Positions 1 to 9,192 of a stretch of DNA of 64,000 bases are shown here, in pieces. Source of the stretch: Gammaproteobacteria bacterium (GTDB taxonomy: Bacteria; Pseudomonadota; Gammaproteobacteria; GCA-002705445; GCA-002716945); contig JABIVC010000016.1 of the NCBI GenBank assembly GCA_018667355.1, positions 175,762 to 239,761 on the forward strand. Direction: 5' to 3'. Below the pieces are notes generated by a model. The model had not been told where the DNA came from and searched no databases. It saw nothing but the letters and a program-made list of their open reading frames with translations. A program made the translations under genes and the position numbers. The stretch's first letter is position 1, and each line of letters opens with the position of its first letter.

Positions 1-515
1 TAAATATTGGTATTCCCTGGTTAAGCATCCCACCAGGAGCGCAATGTTTTTCATAAACTTCCACTGCATGACCGCATCTCATTAATTCCCTTGCAGCCGT
101 CAGTCCAGCTACTCCAGAACCAATAATTAATATCTTCTTTTTTGTTTTACCAGCATAGTTTTTTAGTTTTATTTTATCGGTAATATTAAAATGTTCTGCT
201 GATCTTTTAGAGAAACATATTGACACAGATTCACCATTTGAATCTTCACCATGCCTGCAAGCATCTTCGCAAGGTCTTGAACATACTCTTCCGAGAATAC
301 CTGGAAAGACATTATCTTCTAAATTTATTTTATATGCCTTATTATAATCTTCATTATAAATTGCTTCTAAGTATCCTGGTATATCAGTATCAGCAGGACA
401 AGCAGATCTGCATGGAACACTTTTATCATACCACTTGGCATCTCTAATATTTTTTGATTTACCATTATTTATGGTTAAGGCAGATGAATATCTACCAAAA
501 AAACTTTTTTTCATA
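1..515 (-). CDS. Glutamate synthase small-subunit-like NAD(P)H/FAD oxidoreductase (GltD family), N-terminal part; gene continues beyond window start
   Basis: Reverse-strand translation from ATG at 513-515 gives MKKSFFGRYSSALTINNGKSKNIRDAKWYDKSVPCRSACPADTDIPGYLEAIYNEDYNKAYKINLEDNVFPGILGRVCSRPCEDACRHG...KKILIIGSGVAGLTAARELMRCGHAVEVYEKHCAPGGML. This shows the GltD-type Fe-S Cys motifs and a GxGxxG FAD/NAD fold. The + ORF 220..447 lies inside it and is spurious. Confidence 0.75.
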
Positions 516-674
516 ATTCCCCCAATTAATACTCTATCAAGTTTTCATTTTTATAGCAGCTTATTATTTATTAAAGGTTCATAAGATTTTGCTAATATTC
601 TATCATTTCTAAGTAGTGGATTTATTGAGGGTAATATGTGACTATTAGATGATTAAGTATTTAGGAGAGTGAAT

Positions 675-1274
675 ATGAGTTGGAATTTAAAAGGGGATTA
701 TGCTGAGAGTTGTAACTGTGACCTTATGTGTCCCTGTATCTTTTTACAGGCCCCAACAAAAGGGTTTTGTGAAGCAATGCTAATATGGGACATCAAAGAA
801 GGTCATTTAGGTGACGTCAAACTCGATGGCCTAAAAGTCTCAGCATGGCTACATGCCCCCGCTGTTTTGACAGAGGGTGGTTTTCAGTTAGCACTATATG
901 TTGATGAAAATGCAAGTGATGCACAACATGATGCTATTGTTGAATTATGGAGCGGCAAACATGGCGGTCATCTGGGCGTTATAGCCAGCTTAGTTGGTGA
1001 AATAATAGGCGTTAAAAAAGCTGCAATTACATGCAGTATTGATGGCGGTAAAAAAACGCTTCAAGTTAGTGGCGCAGGTGGTTGGGATATGGCTGGTGTT
1101 GAAAGTGGTGACGGTAAAATCGCACAATGCAACTTTCATCCTTTAGCAATTAACCCTGGATACCCAGTTGATGTCAATGTAACAAGCAAACAAGAATATT
1201 CAGATCATGGGAGATCATGGAATACGACACCTGATAGAGTTGGTTTGTCGGGGCAATTTGCTTACCAAGCATAA
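675..1274 (+). CDS. DUF1326-like protein of unknown function
   Basis: N-terminus MSWNLKGDYAESCNCDLMCPC matches the DUF1326 signature as I recall it (W.L.G.Y.E.CNC...CPC). An AGGAG-type RBS at 663-667 favours ATG 675 over the GTG at 669. Confidence 0.45.
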   Translation: MSWNLKGDYAESCNCDLMCPCIFLQAPTKGFCEAMLIWDIKEGHLGDVKLDGLKVSAWLHAPAVLTEGGFQLALYVDENASDAQHDAIVELWSGKHGGHLGVIASLVGEIIGVKKAAITCSIDGGKKTLQVSGAGGWDMAGVESGDGKIAQCNFHPLAINPGYPVDVNVTSKQEYSDHGRSWNTTPDRVGLSGQFAYQA

Positions 1275-1338
1275 TTAAAAAAATAATTTTTAAAGAGGGC
1301 TTTGGCCCTCTTTTTTTTATCATCAATAAAAATATTAT

Positions 1339-2712
1339 ATGTCTGAGAACACTTTACAAAAACCTGAAATTATTAAAGCTATAAATGCTTTTAGTCAAAA
1401 TAACTTTAAAGAAGCTGAAAGTATATGTTTAGAAGTATTATCTAGAGAAGATGATTCTGATGCTAATCATATAGTTGGATGCATAAGGATGGGTCAAAGA
1501 AAATTTGAAGAAAGTATTTCATATATAAATAAATCACTTGAATCTAACCCTGATAGTATAGGCCCACTGATTTCACTTGGGTGCGCATTAAGTTCAAAAA
1601 AAGATTATATGGAGTCAATAAAAGTATTTAAACAAGTGACTAAACTAAAAGATGATTTATCCCAGGTTCATTTTTATCTTGGTGAGGCTTATAGACAGAC
1701 TCTTCAGCAAGAAAAAGCTTTAACATCATTCAAAAGGTGTTTAGAAATAACACCTGATCATATAGGTTGCCAACTAATGGTTGGGATAACTTATGAAGAT
1801 TTAAAAAAGTTTAATCAAGCAATTGATTTTTATAAAGCATGTATTAGTACTTATCCGGATTATATGGAACCTCACATTAATCTAGGGATGTGTTATCTAT
1901 TAACCGGTAATTACTCAGATGGTTGGGACGAATATGAATGGAGATTAAAGCTACCTGCAGAAGTCTATGAAATTAAATTCAAGAAGCCTAGCTGGGTTGG
2001 TCAAGATTTGTCTGGGAAGACATTATTAATTGTAACCGAACAATCAGTTGGAGAGATATTATTATTTATAAGATTTGCAAAACAACTTGCAATGGATGGA
2101 GCTAAAATTATTATCATGACCCAAGGTGAGCTAACAAACATCCTTGAATCTCAAAAATGGATTAACAAAGTTATAAGTTATAAAGATGAGATACCAGATT
2201 GTGATTTTTATACTTATCTACTCTCTATACCAAAAGTACTTGAGTGGAACCCAAAGATGGATACGCAGTCTCACCCTTACTTAGAAATACCTAAAGACAA
2301 GTATGAGAAAAATACCAACGATAAAAGAAACATAGGTTATTTATTAGAACCAGATATAAATTCCTCTTCTGCTAAACATATAGTATTGCCAGATAAAGAT
2401 ATAAGTAATCTTGTCATGGATAAAAACTATAATTTTATAAACTTGCAAGAAATTCATGATATTGAAATATTAGCAGGTGTCATACAAAATTTAGACTTAG
2501 TGATTTGTATTGAAAGTGATTTGGCATACTTGGCGGGAAGTTTAAATATTCCTACATATTTAATTTTATCAGCTGTTCCAAAACATCTCTGGGATTTAAA
2601 TTACAAAGATTCTACACCATGGTTTCCATCATTAGAATTATTTAGGCAAGAAACAACAAATGATTGGAGTGATGTTCTAAACAGTATTAAAGAGAGGATT
2701 AAAAATGTCTAA
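1339..2712 (+). CDS. TPR-repeat protein with a C-terminal glycosyltransferase-like (GT9/heptosyltransferase-like) domain
   Basis: N-terminal ~200 aa show repeated 34-residue TPR-like patterns (A/L/Y spacing). The C-terminal half (KTLLIVTEQSVGEILLFIRFAKQLAMDGAKIII...) resembles the Rossmann-like fold of GT9-type transferases. The family assignment is weak. Confidence 0.45.
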   Translation: MSENTLQKPEIIKAINAFSQNNFKEAESICLEVLSREDDSDANHIVGCIRMGQRKFEESISYINKSLESNPDSIGPLISLGCALSSKKDYMESIKVFKQVTKLKDDLSQVHFYLGEAYRQTLQQEKALTSFKRCLEITPDHIGCQLMVGITYEDLKKFNQAIDFYKACISTYPDYMEPHINLGMCYLLTGNYSDGWDEYEWRLKLPAEVYEIKFKKPSWVGQDLSGKTLLIVTEQSVGEILLFIRFAKQLAMDGAKIIIMTQGELTNILESQKWINKVISYKDEIPDCDFYTYLLSIPKVLEWNPKMDTQSHPYLEIPKDKYEKNTNDKRNIGYLLEPDINSSSAKHIVLPDKDISNLVMDKNYNFINLQEIHDIEILAGVIQNLDLVICIESDLAYLAGSLNIPTYLILSAVPKHLWDLNYKDSTPWFPSLELFRQETTNDWSDVLNSIKERIKNV

Positions 2713-3463
2713 ATTTCTAATCAAACAAGCATTTGCTGAAGCAATGGATCTCCATAAACAAAATCGTTTTGATGAAGCCAAAGAATTATATAATAAAATA
2801 TTAACTGTAGATGATTCTGAACCTAATGCGCACCATCTTATTTCTCTTGTATTTATGGCGGAAGGTGATTTTGAATCTGCAAAAAATCATATCGAGAAAG
2901 CTATTAATAAAGCACCAGACCAAGCTGTCTTCCATAGTAATTATGGGAGCTTATTGCATTCAATGGGCGAGAATCAATTAGCCATCAATGCTATTAAGAA
3001 GTCATTAAAAATTGATAAAAAATTATTTCAGTCACACTATTCATTGGGAATTATTTATACGGATATGTTTAATTTTGAGAAAGCTATAAATAGTTATACG
3101 ACAGCTATAGAATTAGATAGTAAATCTTCAGCAGCACATAACAATTTAGCAAATCTTTTTAGCAACATGGATAATAATGAAGCTGAATATCATTATAAGA
3201 AAACTGTTGAACTTGTTCCTAATGAGATTTATCCAAGGTTAAATATTGCTAACTATTATATTAAAAATGGGAAATTTAACGAGTCTATAACTTTTTTAAA
3301 TGAACTTGTAGATATGGGCCTGGAGTCAAAGGAAGTATATAATAGTCTGGGTGTTTCATATAAAGGGTTAGAAGACGATACAACTGCTAAAGACATGTTT
3401 AATAAATCACTAGCGATTGACCCTGATTTTCTTTTAGCTCAAAAGAACTTAGATAGTTTATAA
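2705..3463 (+). CDS. TPR-repeat protein
   Basis: Multiple TPR-like repeats (e.g. ...AHHLISLVFMAEGDFESAKNHIEKAINKAP..., ...SHYSLGIIYTDMFNFEKAINSYTTAIELD...). Its start overlaps the stop of the upstream TPR gene, suggesting translational coupling. Confidence 0.6.
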   Translation: MSKFLIKQAFAEAMDLHKQNRFDEAKELYNKILTVDDSEPNAHHLISLVFMAEGDFESAKNHIEKAINKAPDQAVFHSNYGSLLHSMGENQLAINAIKKSLKIDKKLFQSHYSLGIIYTDMFNFEKAINSYTTAIELDSKSSAAHNNLANLFSNMDNNEAEYHYKKTVELVPNEIYPRLNIANYYIKNGKFNESITFLNELVDMGLESKEVYNSLGVSYKGLEDDTTAKDMFNKSLAIDPDFLLAQKNLDSL

Positions 3464-3692
3464 TTAAGATAATTTCTTAGTAAGAGTCAATTAAATTCTT
3501 AAATGTACCTTTAATCGGTTAATTTCACTAATTTTTAAATTATAGCTTGTGTTCTTCCCCTCTACCTGTTAAAAAAGAGCCACAGTTACACGGAATATGC
3601 GTAACTTGAGAAGAGCCTCAGTAATATGTTATTAAATAACAGTTGGTGGATATCTTCTACTAATGACTATTTAATTAACATATGAGAAATTA

Positions 3693-5378
3693 ATGAATAA
3701 TTTTGAAAGCTTTAATCTTTCCGAAAATCTAAATTTAGCATTAGCTAAAATGGAATTTTCAAAACCAACACCAATTCAAGCTCAAACTATACCTCTAGCT
3801 TTGCAAGGCAAAGATATTCTCGGTTCAGCACAAACTGGCACTGGTAAAACAGCTGCATTTTGTATACCAATGATTGAAATGTTACTGAGAAATGAAAATA
3901 TGACAGCTTTAATAATGACGCCTACAAGAGAACTTGCAAGGCAGGTTCTAGAGGTTGTTAATCAACTTATGGGTAATAAAACCTCATTGAGAGCAGCATG
4001 TTTGATAGGTGGAGAGGCAATGGGAAAACAGTTAAATCAACTCAGAAAGGCGCCTAGAATTATAGTTGGAACACCTGGAAGAATTAATGATCACCTTGAG
4101 AGTGAAACTTTAGATTTAATGGATTGTGGTTACTTAGTTTTGGATGAAACAGATAGAATGTTGGATATGGGTTTTGGCATACAAATAGATCAAACATTAC
4201 AGTATTTGCCTTCTGAAAAACAAACTTTACTTTTTTCAGCAACACTACCATCTAAGATTATGCAATTGTCTAAAAAATATCTTTATAACCCAGAAAGAAT
4301 TGCTATACAGTCTGATCAAGTTTTGCTAAGTAATATTGATCATGAAATATTGAATATTGATCATAATAAAAAATATGTTGAACTTTTAAGTCAATTGGAG
4401 CAAAGAGAAGGCTCAGTATTAATATTTGCAAAAACAAAACATGGCACACAAAGAATGGCTAAAAATCTAACAAATGATGGATTTAAAGCCGATGCATTAA
4501 ATGGAAACCTAAACCAGAATAAACGCGATAAAGTTATGAATAATTTTAGACTCAAAAAATTTAAAGTTTTAGTTGCAACTGATATTGCATCAAGGGGTTT
4601 AGATGTTGAGCATATCGAACATGTGGTAAATTATGATTTACCTCAAGTAGCTGAAGATTATGTTCATAGAATTGGGAGAACGGGTCGAGCTGGGTTAAAA
4701 GGCTCAACAATCTGTTTCATTTCTCCTGAAGAACAACCATTATGGGAGCAAATTAATTATTTATTAAATCCTAAAACAGCAAAAAAACCTTCAAGTGCAA
4801 GTAAAAATAGTAGATCTTCAAGAAAAAGAAGCAATAGTCAAAATCAATCTACGAAGACTAGAAGAAGCTTTTCTTCAAGCAATGGACCTAGAAGAAGAGG
4901 TAATGAAGGTAATACTGATTCAAGATTACATAGAAATACAAGCACAAGAAGAAGTGCCAATGGAAATACAGTTTCAAGGTCAGCCAGAGACAATAATCAG
5001 CGTAGAGATGCCGAGGGCAACAATATAGCTAAACCATTAAGAGGCAACAGTTCGAGAAGAGCTAATAATGGGTCAAAATCATTTAGAGGGCATAGCAAGA
5101 GAAGAGGAAATGAAGGAAACATGGATTCAAGGCCAACTAGAAGTAGTGCCCCAAGAAGAAGTGCCAATGGAAATACAATTTCAAGGCCAACTAGAAGTAG
5201 TGCCCCAAGAAGAAGTGCCAATGGAAATACAATTTCAAGGCCAACTAGAAGTAGTGCCCCAAGAAGAAGTGCTAATGGAAATACATTCTCTAAGCATACA
5301 AAAGGGTCTGGTCAAAGACGAAATACACCCGGATCAAGAAATAAAACATTAGGTTTGAGACAAGGGAGCAGAAGATAA
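3693..5378 (+). CDS. DEAD-box ATP-dependent RNA helicase (RhlE/DeaD-like) with a ~200 aa Arg/Ser/Asn/Gly-rich repetitive C-terminal tail
   Basis: Q-motif region TPIQAQTIP, motif I AQTGTGKTAAF, Ia PTRELA, TPGR, motif II as DETD (not DEAD), SAT, HRIGRTGRAG. The tail carries 18-aa tandem repeats SRPTRSSAPRRSANGNTI. Confidence 0.9.
   Translation: MNNFESFNLSENLNLALAKMEFSKPTPIQAQTIPLALQGKDILGSAQTGTGKTAAFCIPMIEMLLRNENMTALIMTPTRELARQVLEVVNQLMGNKTSLRAACLIGGEAMGKQLNQLRKAPRIIVGTPGRINDHLESETLDLMDCGYLVLDETDRMLDMGFGIQIDQTLQYLPSEKQTLLFSATLPSKIMQLSKKYLYNPERIAIQSDQVLLSNIDHEILNIDHNKKYVELLSQLEQREGSVLIFAKTKHGTQRMAKNLTNDGFKADALNGNLNQNKRDKVMNNFRLKKFKVLVATDIASRGLDVEHIEHVVNYDLPQVAEDYVHRIGRTGRAGLKGSTICFISPEEQPLWEQINYLLNPKTAKKPSSASKNSRSSRKRSNSQNQSTKTRRSFSSSNGPRRRGNEGNTDSRLHRNTSTRRSANGNTVSRSARDNNQRRDAEGNNIAKPLRGNSSRRANNGSKSFRGHSKRRGNEGNMDSRPTRSSAPRRSANGNTISRPTRSSAPRRSANGNTISRPTRSSAPRRSANGNTFSKHTKGSGQRRNTPGSRNKTLGLRQGSRR
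5133..5294 (+). repeat. Coding 54-bp direct tandem repeat (3 copies, last one degenerate) inside the helicase C-terminal tail; a diverged copy lies near 4945-4985
   Basis: Unit ccaactagaagtagtgccccaagaagaagtgccaatggaaatacaatttcaagg is repeated head-to-tail at 5133, 5187 and 5241. The first two copies are identical and the third diverges near its end. Confidence 0.85.
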
Positions 5379-7198
5379 TGGAAAATCTAAGAAATATTGC
5401 AATAATCGCCCATGTTGATCATGGGAAGACAACTTTAATTGACTCAATTATGAAACAGAGCGGAATGTTTAGAGACAACCAAAATATTGACGAGAGGATT
5501 ATGGATTCTGGCGATCTAGAGAAAGAAAGAGGTATTACTATTTTAGCTAAACCGACTTCGGTTCAATGGAAGGATACCAGAATCAATATTATTGATACTC
5601 CAGGACATGCTGACTTTGGAGGTGAAGTAGAGAGGGTTTTAAGCATGACTGATGGAGTTATTTTGTTAACAGATGCTGCTGAAGGACCAATGCCGCAAAC
5701 AAAATTTGTATTATCAAAAGCTTTAGCTCAAGGTTTAAAACCTATTGTAATTATAAATAAAATTGATAGGCCAGATGGAAGACCTGATACAGTAATAGAT
5801 GAAGTATTTGATTTATTTGTTTCGCTTGATGCTACAGATGAACAGTTAGATTTTCCTATTATGTATGCTGCTGGAAGAGATGGGTGGTGCGTTAAAGATT
5901 TAGATGATCCAAAAGATAATCTTCATGCATTGTTAGACTTAATTTTGGAACATGTACAACCTCCAAAAGTGGAAGCTGATAAACCATTTGCCATGTTGTC
6001 AACATTACTTGACTCTGATCCATATTTAGGAAGATGTCTAATTGGAAGAGTTGAACAAGGTAAAGCAAAAGTGAATGACTCTGTAAAAGCTATTAATTTA
6101 GAAGGTGAGCAAGTTGAAGCTGGAAGACTTACGAAATTATTTAAATTTGAAGGAACTGACAGGGTTGCTGTAGAGGAGGTTCAGACAGGTGATATTATAT
6201 GTATTGCTGGTTTAGCAGAAGCTTCGGTGGCAGATACAATTTGTCATCCAGAAGTAATTGCACCATTACCGTCAACACCAATCGATCCACCGACAATGTC
6301 TATTACTATTACAGTTAATGATTCACCATTAGCAGGTTTAGAGGGGAAAAAAGTAACATCAACTGTTATTAGGGAAAGATTATTAGCCGAAGCTGAAACT
6401 AATGTTGCAATTTCTTTCGCAGAAAATGATAAAAAAGATGCTTTTGAAATTGGAGGCAGGGGAGAATTACAACTAGGAGTTTTAGTTGAAACAATGAGAA
6501 GAGAAGGTTATGAATTAACTGTATCAAGACCACATGTAGTATACAAGATAGATGAAAATGATAAAAAACTAGAACCTATCGAAGAAGTCATTATTGACGT
6601 AGATGACGAGTATGCAAGTACAGTTATAGACAGCATGAATAAAAGAAAAGCTGAGATGACAGATATGAGAAATACTTCTGGCAAAACTAGATTAATTTTT
6701 AAAGCTCCTTCTAGAGCACTCATTGGGTATCAAAGCAGATTCTTGACAGAAACACGTGGTACTGGCGTTGTAAATAGATTATTTGATTCTTATGGTCCAT
6801 TTAAAGGTAATATTTCAACAAGAAGAAATGGAGCGTTGATTGCAACACAAACTGGAACAGCTGTAGCGTTTGCGATTTTTAATTTACAAGATAGAGGAAT
6901 CATGTTTATTGACCCTCAAACAAAAGTTTATCAAGGAATGATAGTTGGTGAACATAATAGAACTAATGACCTAGAAATAAATATCTTGAAAGGTAAACAA
7001 CTTACCAATGTTAGAGCATCTGGTACAGATGAAGCGGTTAAGCTTGTTACACCAAGAAAAATGTCGCTTGAACAAATGATGGCTTATATAAATGAAGATG
7101 AAGTTCTAGAAGTAACGCCTGAAAATTTAAGACTACGGAAACAATTTCTTGATCCACATGCAAGAAAAAAAGCATCAAAAGAACAAAACATAACCTAA
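5378..7198 (+). CDS. typA: Translational GTPase TypA/BipA
   Basis: N-terminus MENLRNIAIIAHVDHGKTTL with G-domain motifs DTPGHADF and NKIDR. Length 606 aa and the EF-G-like domain order fit BipA. Confidence 0.9.
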   Translation: MENLRNIAIIAHVDHGKTTLIDSIMKQSGMFRDNQNIDERIMDSGDLEKERGITILAKPTSVQWKDTRINIIDTPGHADFGGEVERVLSMTDGVILLTDAAEGPMPQTKFVLSKALAQGLKPIVIINKIDRPDGRPDTVIDEVFDLFVSLDATDEQLDFPIMYAAGRDGWCVKDLDDPKDNLHALLDLILEHVQPPKVEADKPFAMLSTLLDSDPYLGRCLIGRVEQGKAKVNDSVKAINLEGEQVEAGRLTKLFKFEGTDRVAVEEVQTGDIICIAGLAEASVADTICHPEVIAPLPSTPIDPPTMSITITVNDSPLAGLEGKKVTSTVIRERLLAEAETNVAISFAENDKKDAFEIGGRGELQLGVLVETMRREGYELTVSRPHVVYKIDENDKKLEPIEEVIIDVDDEYASTVIDSMNKRKAEMTDMRNTSGKTRLIFKAPSRALIGYQSRFLTETRGTGVVNRLFDSYGPFKGNISTRRNGALIATQTGTAVAFAIFNLQDRGIMFIDPQTKVYQGMIVGEHNRTNDLEINILKGKQLTNVRASGTDEAVKLVTPRKMSLEQMMAYINEDEVLEVTPENLRLRKQFLDPHARKKASKEQNIT

Positions 7199-7204
7199 GA
7201 TAGT

Positions 7205-8698
7205 ATGATTAAAACAACGGATTTAGAAATATCATTTTCTGGGCAGAAGATATTTAGTGATGTAAATATTGTTATCAATAAAAAAGAAAAAATTGGCTTT
7301 ATTGGTAGAAATGGAAGTGGCAAAAGCACATTTTTAAAAATTATCATTGGCAAACTGGAGCAAGACTCTGGTGAAGTTATGATGCCTAAAGGGTATAAGA
7401 TCGGCTATCTGGATCAGCATATAAAATTTACACATAGCACCGTCGTAGACGAAGTATGTAGTGTTTTAAGTGGCGATAGAGAATATGAAATATGGAAAGG
7501 CGAGACAATTCTTACCGGCCTAGGGTTCTCATATGATGACATGGCGAAAGACCCAAATGACTTTTCAGGTGGTAATCAGGTTAAAATTAATCTAGCTAAA
7601 CTTTTATTAGAAGAGCCAGATATGTTACTACTAGACGAACCAACAAATTATCTTGATATACATTCAATTAAGTGGCTTAAAAATTTTTTAAATGATTGGA
7701 GAGATGAGTTGATACTTGTAACTCATGATAGGAGTTTTATGAATAATGTGATTAGTCATACATTAAATATCCATCGAGGTGAGTTTAAAAAGACTGCTGG
7801 TACTACTGAAAAAGTCTTAGAAAAAATATTAAGTGAAGAAGAGATATATAATAAAACTGTTGAAAATGAAGCTAAAAAAAGAGAAAAGACTGAGGCATGG
7901 ATTAATAGATTTAAGTCTAAAGCCAGTATGGCAACACGTGCTCAATCTAAAATTAAGATGCTTGAAAAAACTGAGAAAAAAGAAAAGCTTGCCGCTGTAA
8001 CTAATTTAGATTTTAAATTTAACTATGAATACTATGGTAGTAAAGAAAATTTAATTAATTCTAGCAAACTTGAATTTTATTATAATGAAAATAATCCATT
8101 GATTAAGAATCTATCTTTCAGCATAAAGAGTAATGATAAAATTTGTATAATAGGTAAAAATGGAAAAGGTAAGTCTACACTATTAAAATTAATTACTGGT
8201 GATTTGAAGCCAATCAATGGTTATTCTAATATACATCAAAAAACTAAAATTGGATATTTTGGCCAAATGAATATTGACAGACTGAATCCTAAGAATAGTA
8301 TATATACTGAACTGCAAAGTTGTGTCCCTAATATGAGTGAAACAGAAGTTCGTAAAGTTTGCGCAAACATGATGTTCACAAATAATCTATCTAATAAAAA
8401 GATTAATGTGCTATCTGGTGGAGAGAAAAGTAGAGTCATGTTAGGTAAAATATTAATTAATCCTGCAAACTTATTACTTCTTGATGAACCTACCAATCAT
8501 CTAGATCTAGATTCTTGTGATTCATTACTTAGTGCTATAAAAAATTTCGATGGAGCCGTGCTCATGGTGACACATGATGAATATTTTTTGAGAGAAGTGG
8601 CTAATAAACTAATTGTCTTTGATAATGGTAAAGTTAATATTTTTGAAGGCTCATATGATGACTTCTTAGATAAAGTTGGCTGGACAGATGAATATTAA
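7205..8698 (+). CDS. ABC-F family ATPase (two tandem ABC domains, no transmembrane domain)
   Basis: Two Walker A motifs (GRNGSGKST; GKNGKGKST), two ABC signatures (FSGGNQVK; LSGGEKSR) and Walker B motifs (LLLDEPTN twice). Confidence 0.8.
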   Translation: MIKTTDLEISFSGQKIFSDVNIVINKKEKIGFIGRNGSGKSTFLKIIIGKLEQDSGEVMMPKGYKIGYLDQHIKFTHSTVVDEVCSVLSGDREYEIWKGETILTGLGFSYDDMAKDPNDFSGGNQVKINLAKLLLEEPDMLLLDEPTNYLDIHSIKWLKNFLNDWRDELILVTHDRSFMNNVISHTLNIHRGEFKKTAGTTEKVLEKILSEEEIYNKTVENEAKKREKTEAWINRFKSKASMATRAQSKIKMLEKTEKKEKLAAVTNLDFKFNYEYYGSKENLINSSKLEFYYNENNPLIKNLSFSIKSNDKICIIGKNGKGKSTLLKLITGDLKPINGYSNIHQKTKIGYFGQMNIDRLNPKNSIYTELQSCVPNMSETEVRKVCANMMFTNNLSNKKINVLSGGEKSRVMLGKILINPANLLLLDEPTNHLDLDSCDSLLSAIKNFDGAVLMVTHDEYFLREVANKLIVFDNGKVNIFEGSYDDFLDKVGWTDEY

Positions 8699-8731
8699 TA
8701 CTGATTTCTAGATTCAACTTAACTAAAGCCT

Positions 8732-9115
8732 TTATTTATGGCAAGTATAGTCTTCATGAGAACATAGCGTTCTATTTCGTAAATGTGTGAATATTAATAA
8801 GCTACTTGCAAATAAAGTCAGTATGACTGATAAGGTTTGACTAAAATCATGAAGAGCAATGGCTATTAATAAGACAAATATTCCGCATATTCCACCCAAT
8901 TTAACCATATCATCATTATGTCTTTTACAGCCTAGAGTAAATGCAACTAACGATGTAGGTAATATAAAAAACATCAAACTTTCATGAAACTCATGAGAAG
9001 TAAAGAATGTTAATTCTATATAAGGTGACATTATCAGTAGTACAGGCAATAGTATGCAGTGAATTGCACAAGCTGTGGATATTGTTAAGCCAAAGTTATC
9101 TAATATTCTTTGCAT
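8732..9115 (-). CDS. Small 4-TM membrane protein, possibly MerC-domain-like
   Basis: 127 aa hydrophobic protein with TACAIHCILLP near the N-terminus and several Cys/His residues. The family call is tentative. Confidence 0.35.
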   Translation of the reverse strand: MQRILDNFGLTISTACAIHCILLPVLLIMSPYIELTFFTSHEFHESLMFFILPTSLVAFTLGCKRHNDDMVKLGGICGIFVLLIAIALHDFSQTLSVILTLFASSLLIFTHLRNRTLCSHEDYTCHK

Positions 9116-9192
9116 GGGAACAAATGTATCAATAAATGTAATAAAATCAAGTTTTTATTAATATTTATAGAAATTACATTAACAAAATTGAT

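Noticed and set aside
220-447. 75-aa + strand ORF
   Set aside because: It lies entirely inside the minus-strand GltD-like gene, which has clear motifs, and has no RBS or conservation signal.
3464-3692. Long (229 nt) 5' leader of the DEAD-box helicase examined for a riboswitch or tRNA
   Set aside because: Only weak local hairpins and no recognisable riboswitch or tRNA structure. Long structured leaders are common for cold-shock-type deaD genes.
5133-5294. Regular 54-bp direct repeats considered as a possible CRISPR array
   Set aside because: Units are contiguous with no spacers, lie in-frame within the helicase CDS and encode an 18-aa peptide repeat. This is a coding tandem repeat, not CRISPR.
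4795-5352. ORFs 4795..5028(+), 5068..5352(+) and 4997..5221(-) overlapping the helicase tail
   Set aside because: These are alternative-frame artefacts of the repetitive low-complexity region. The helicase frame is continuous and carries all motifs.
8732-9115. Possible mercury-resistance MerC gene
   Set aside because: Only a loose motif resemblance (CAIHC) and no merR/merT/merP/merA nearby. Kept as a generic small membrane protein with a tentative MerC-domain note.
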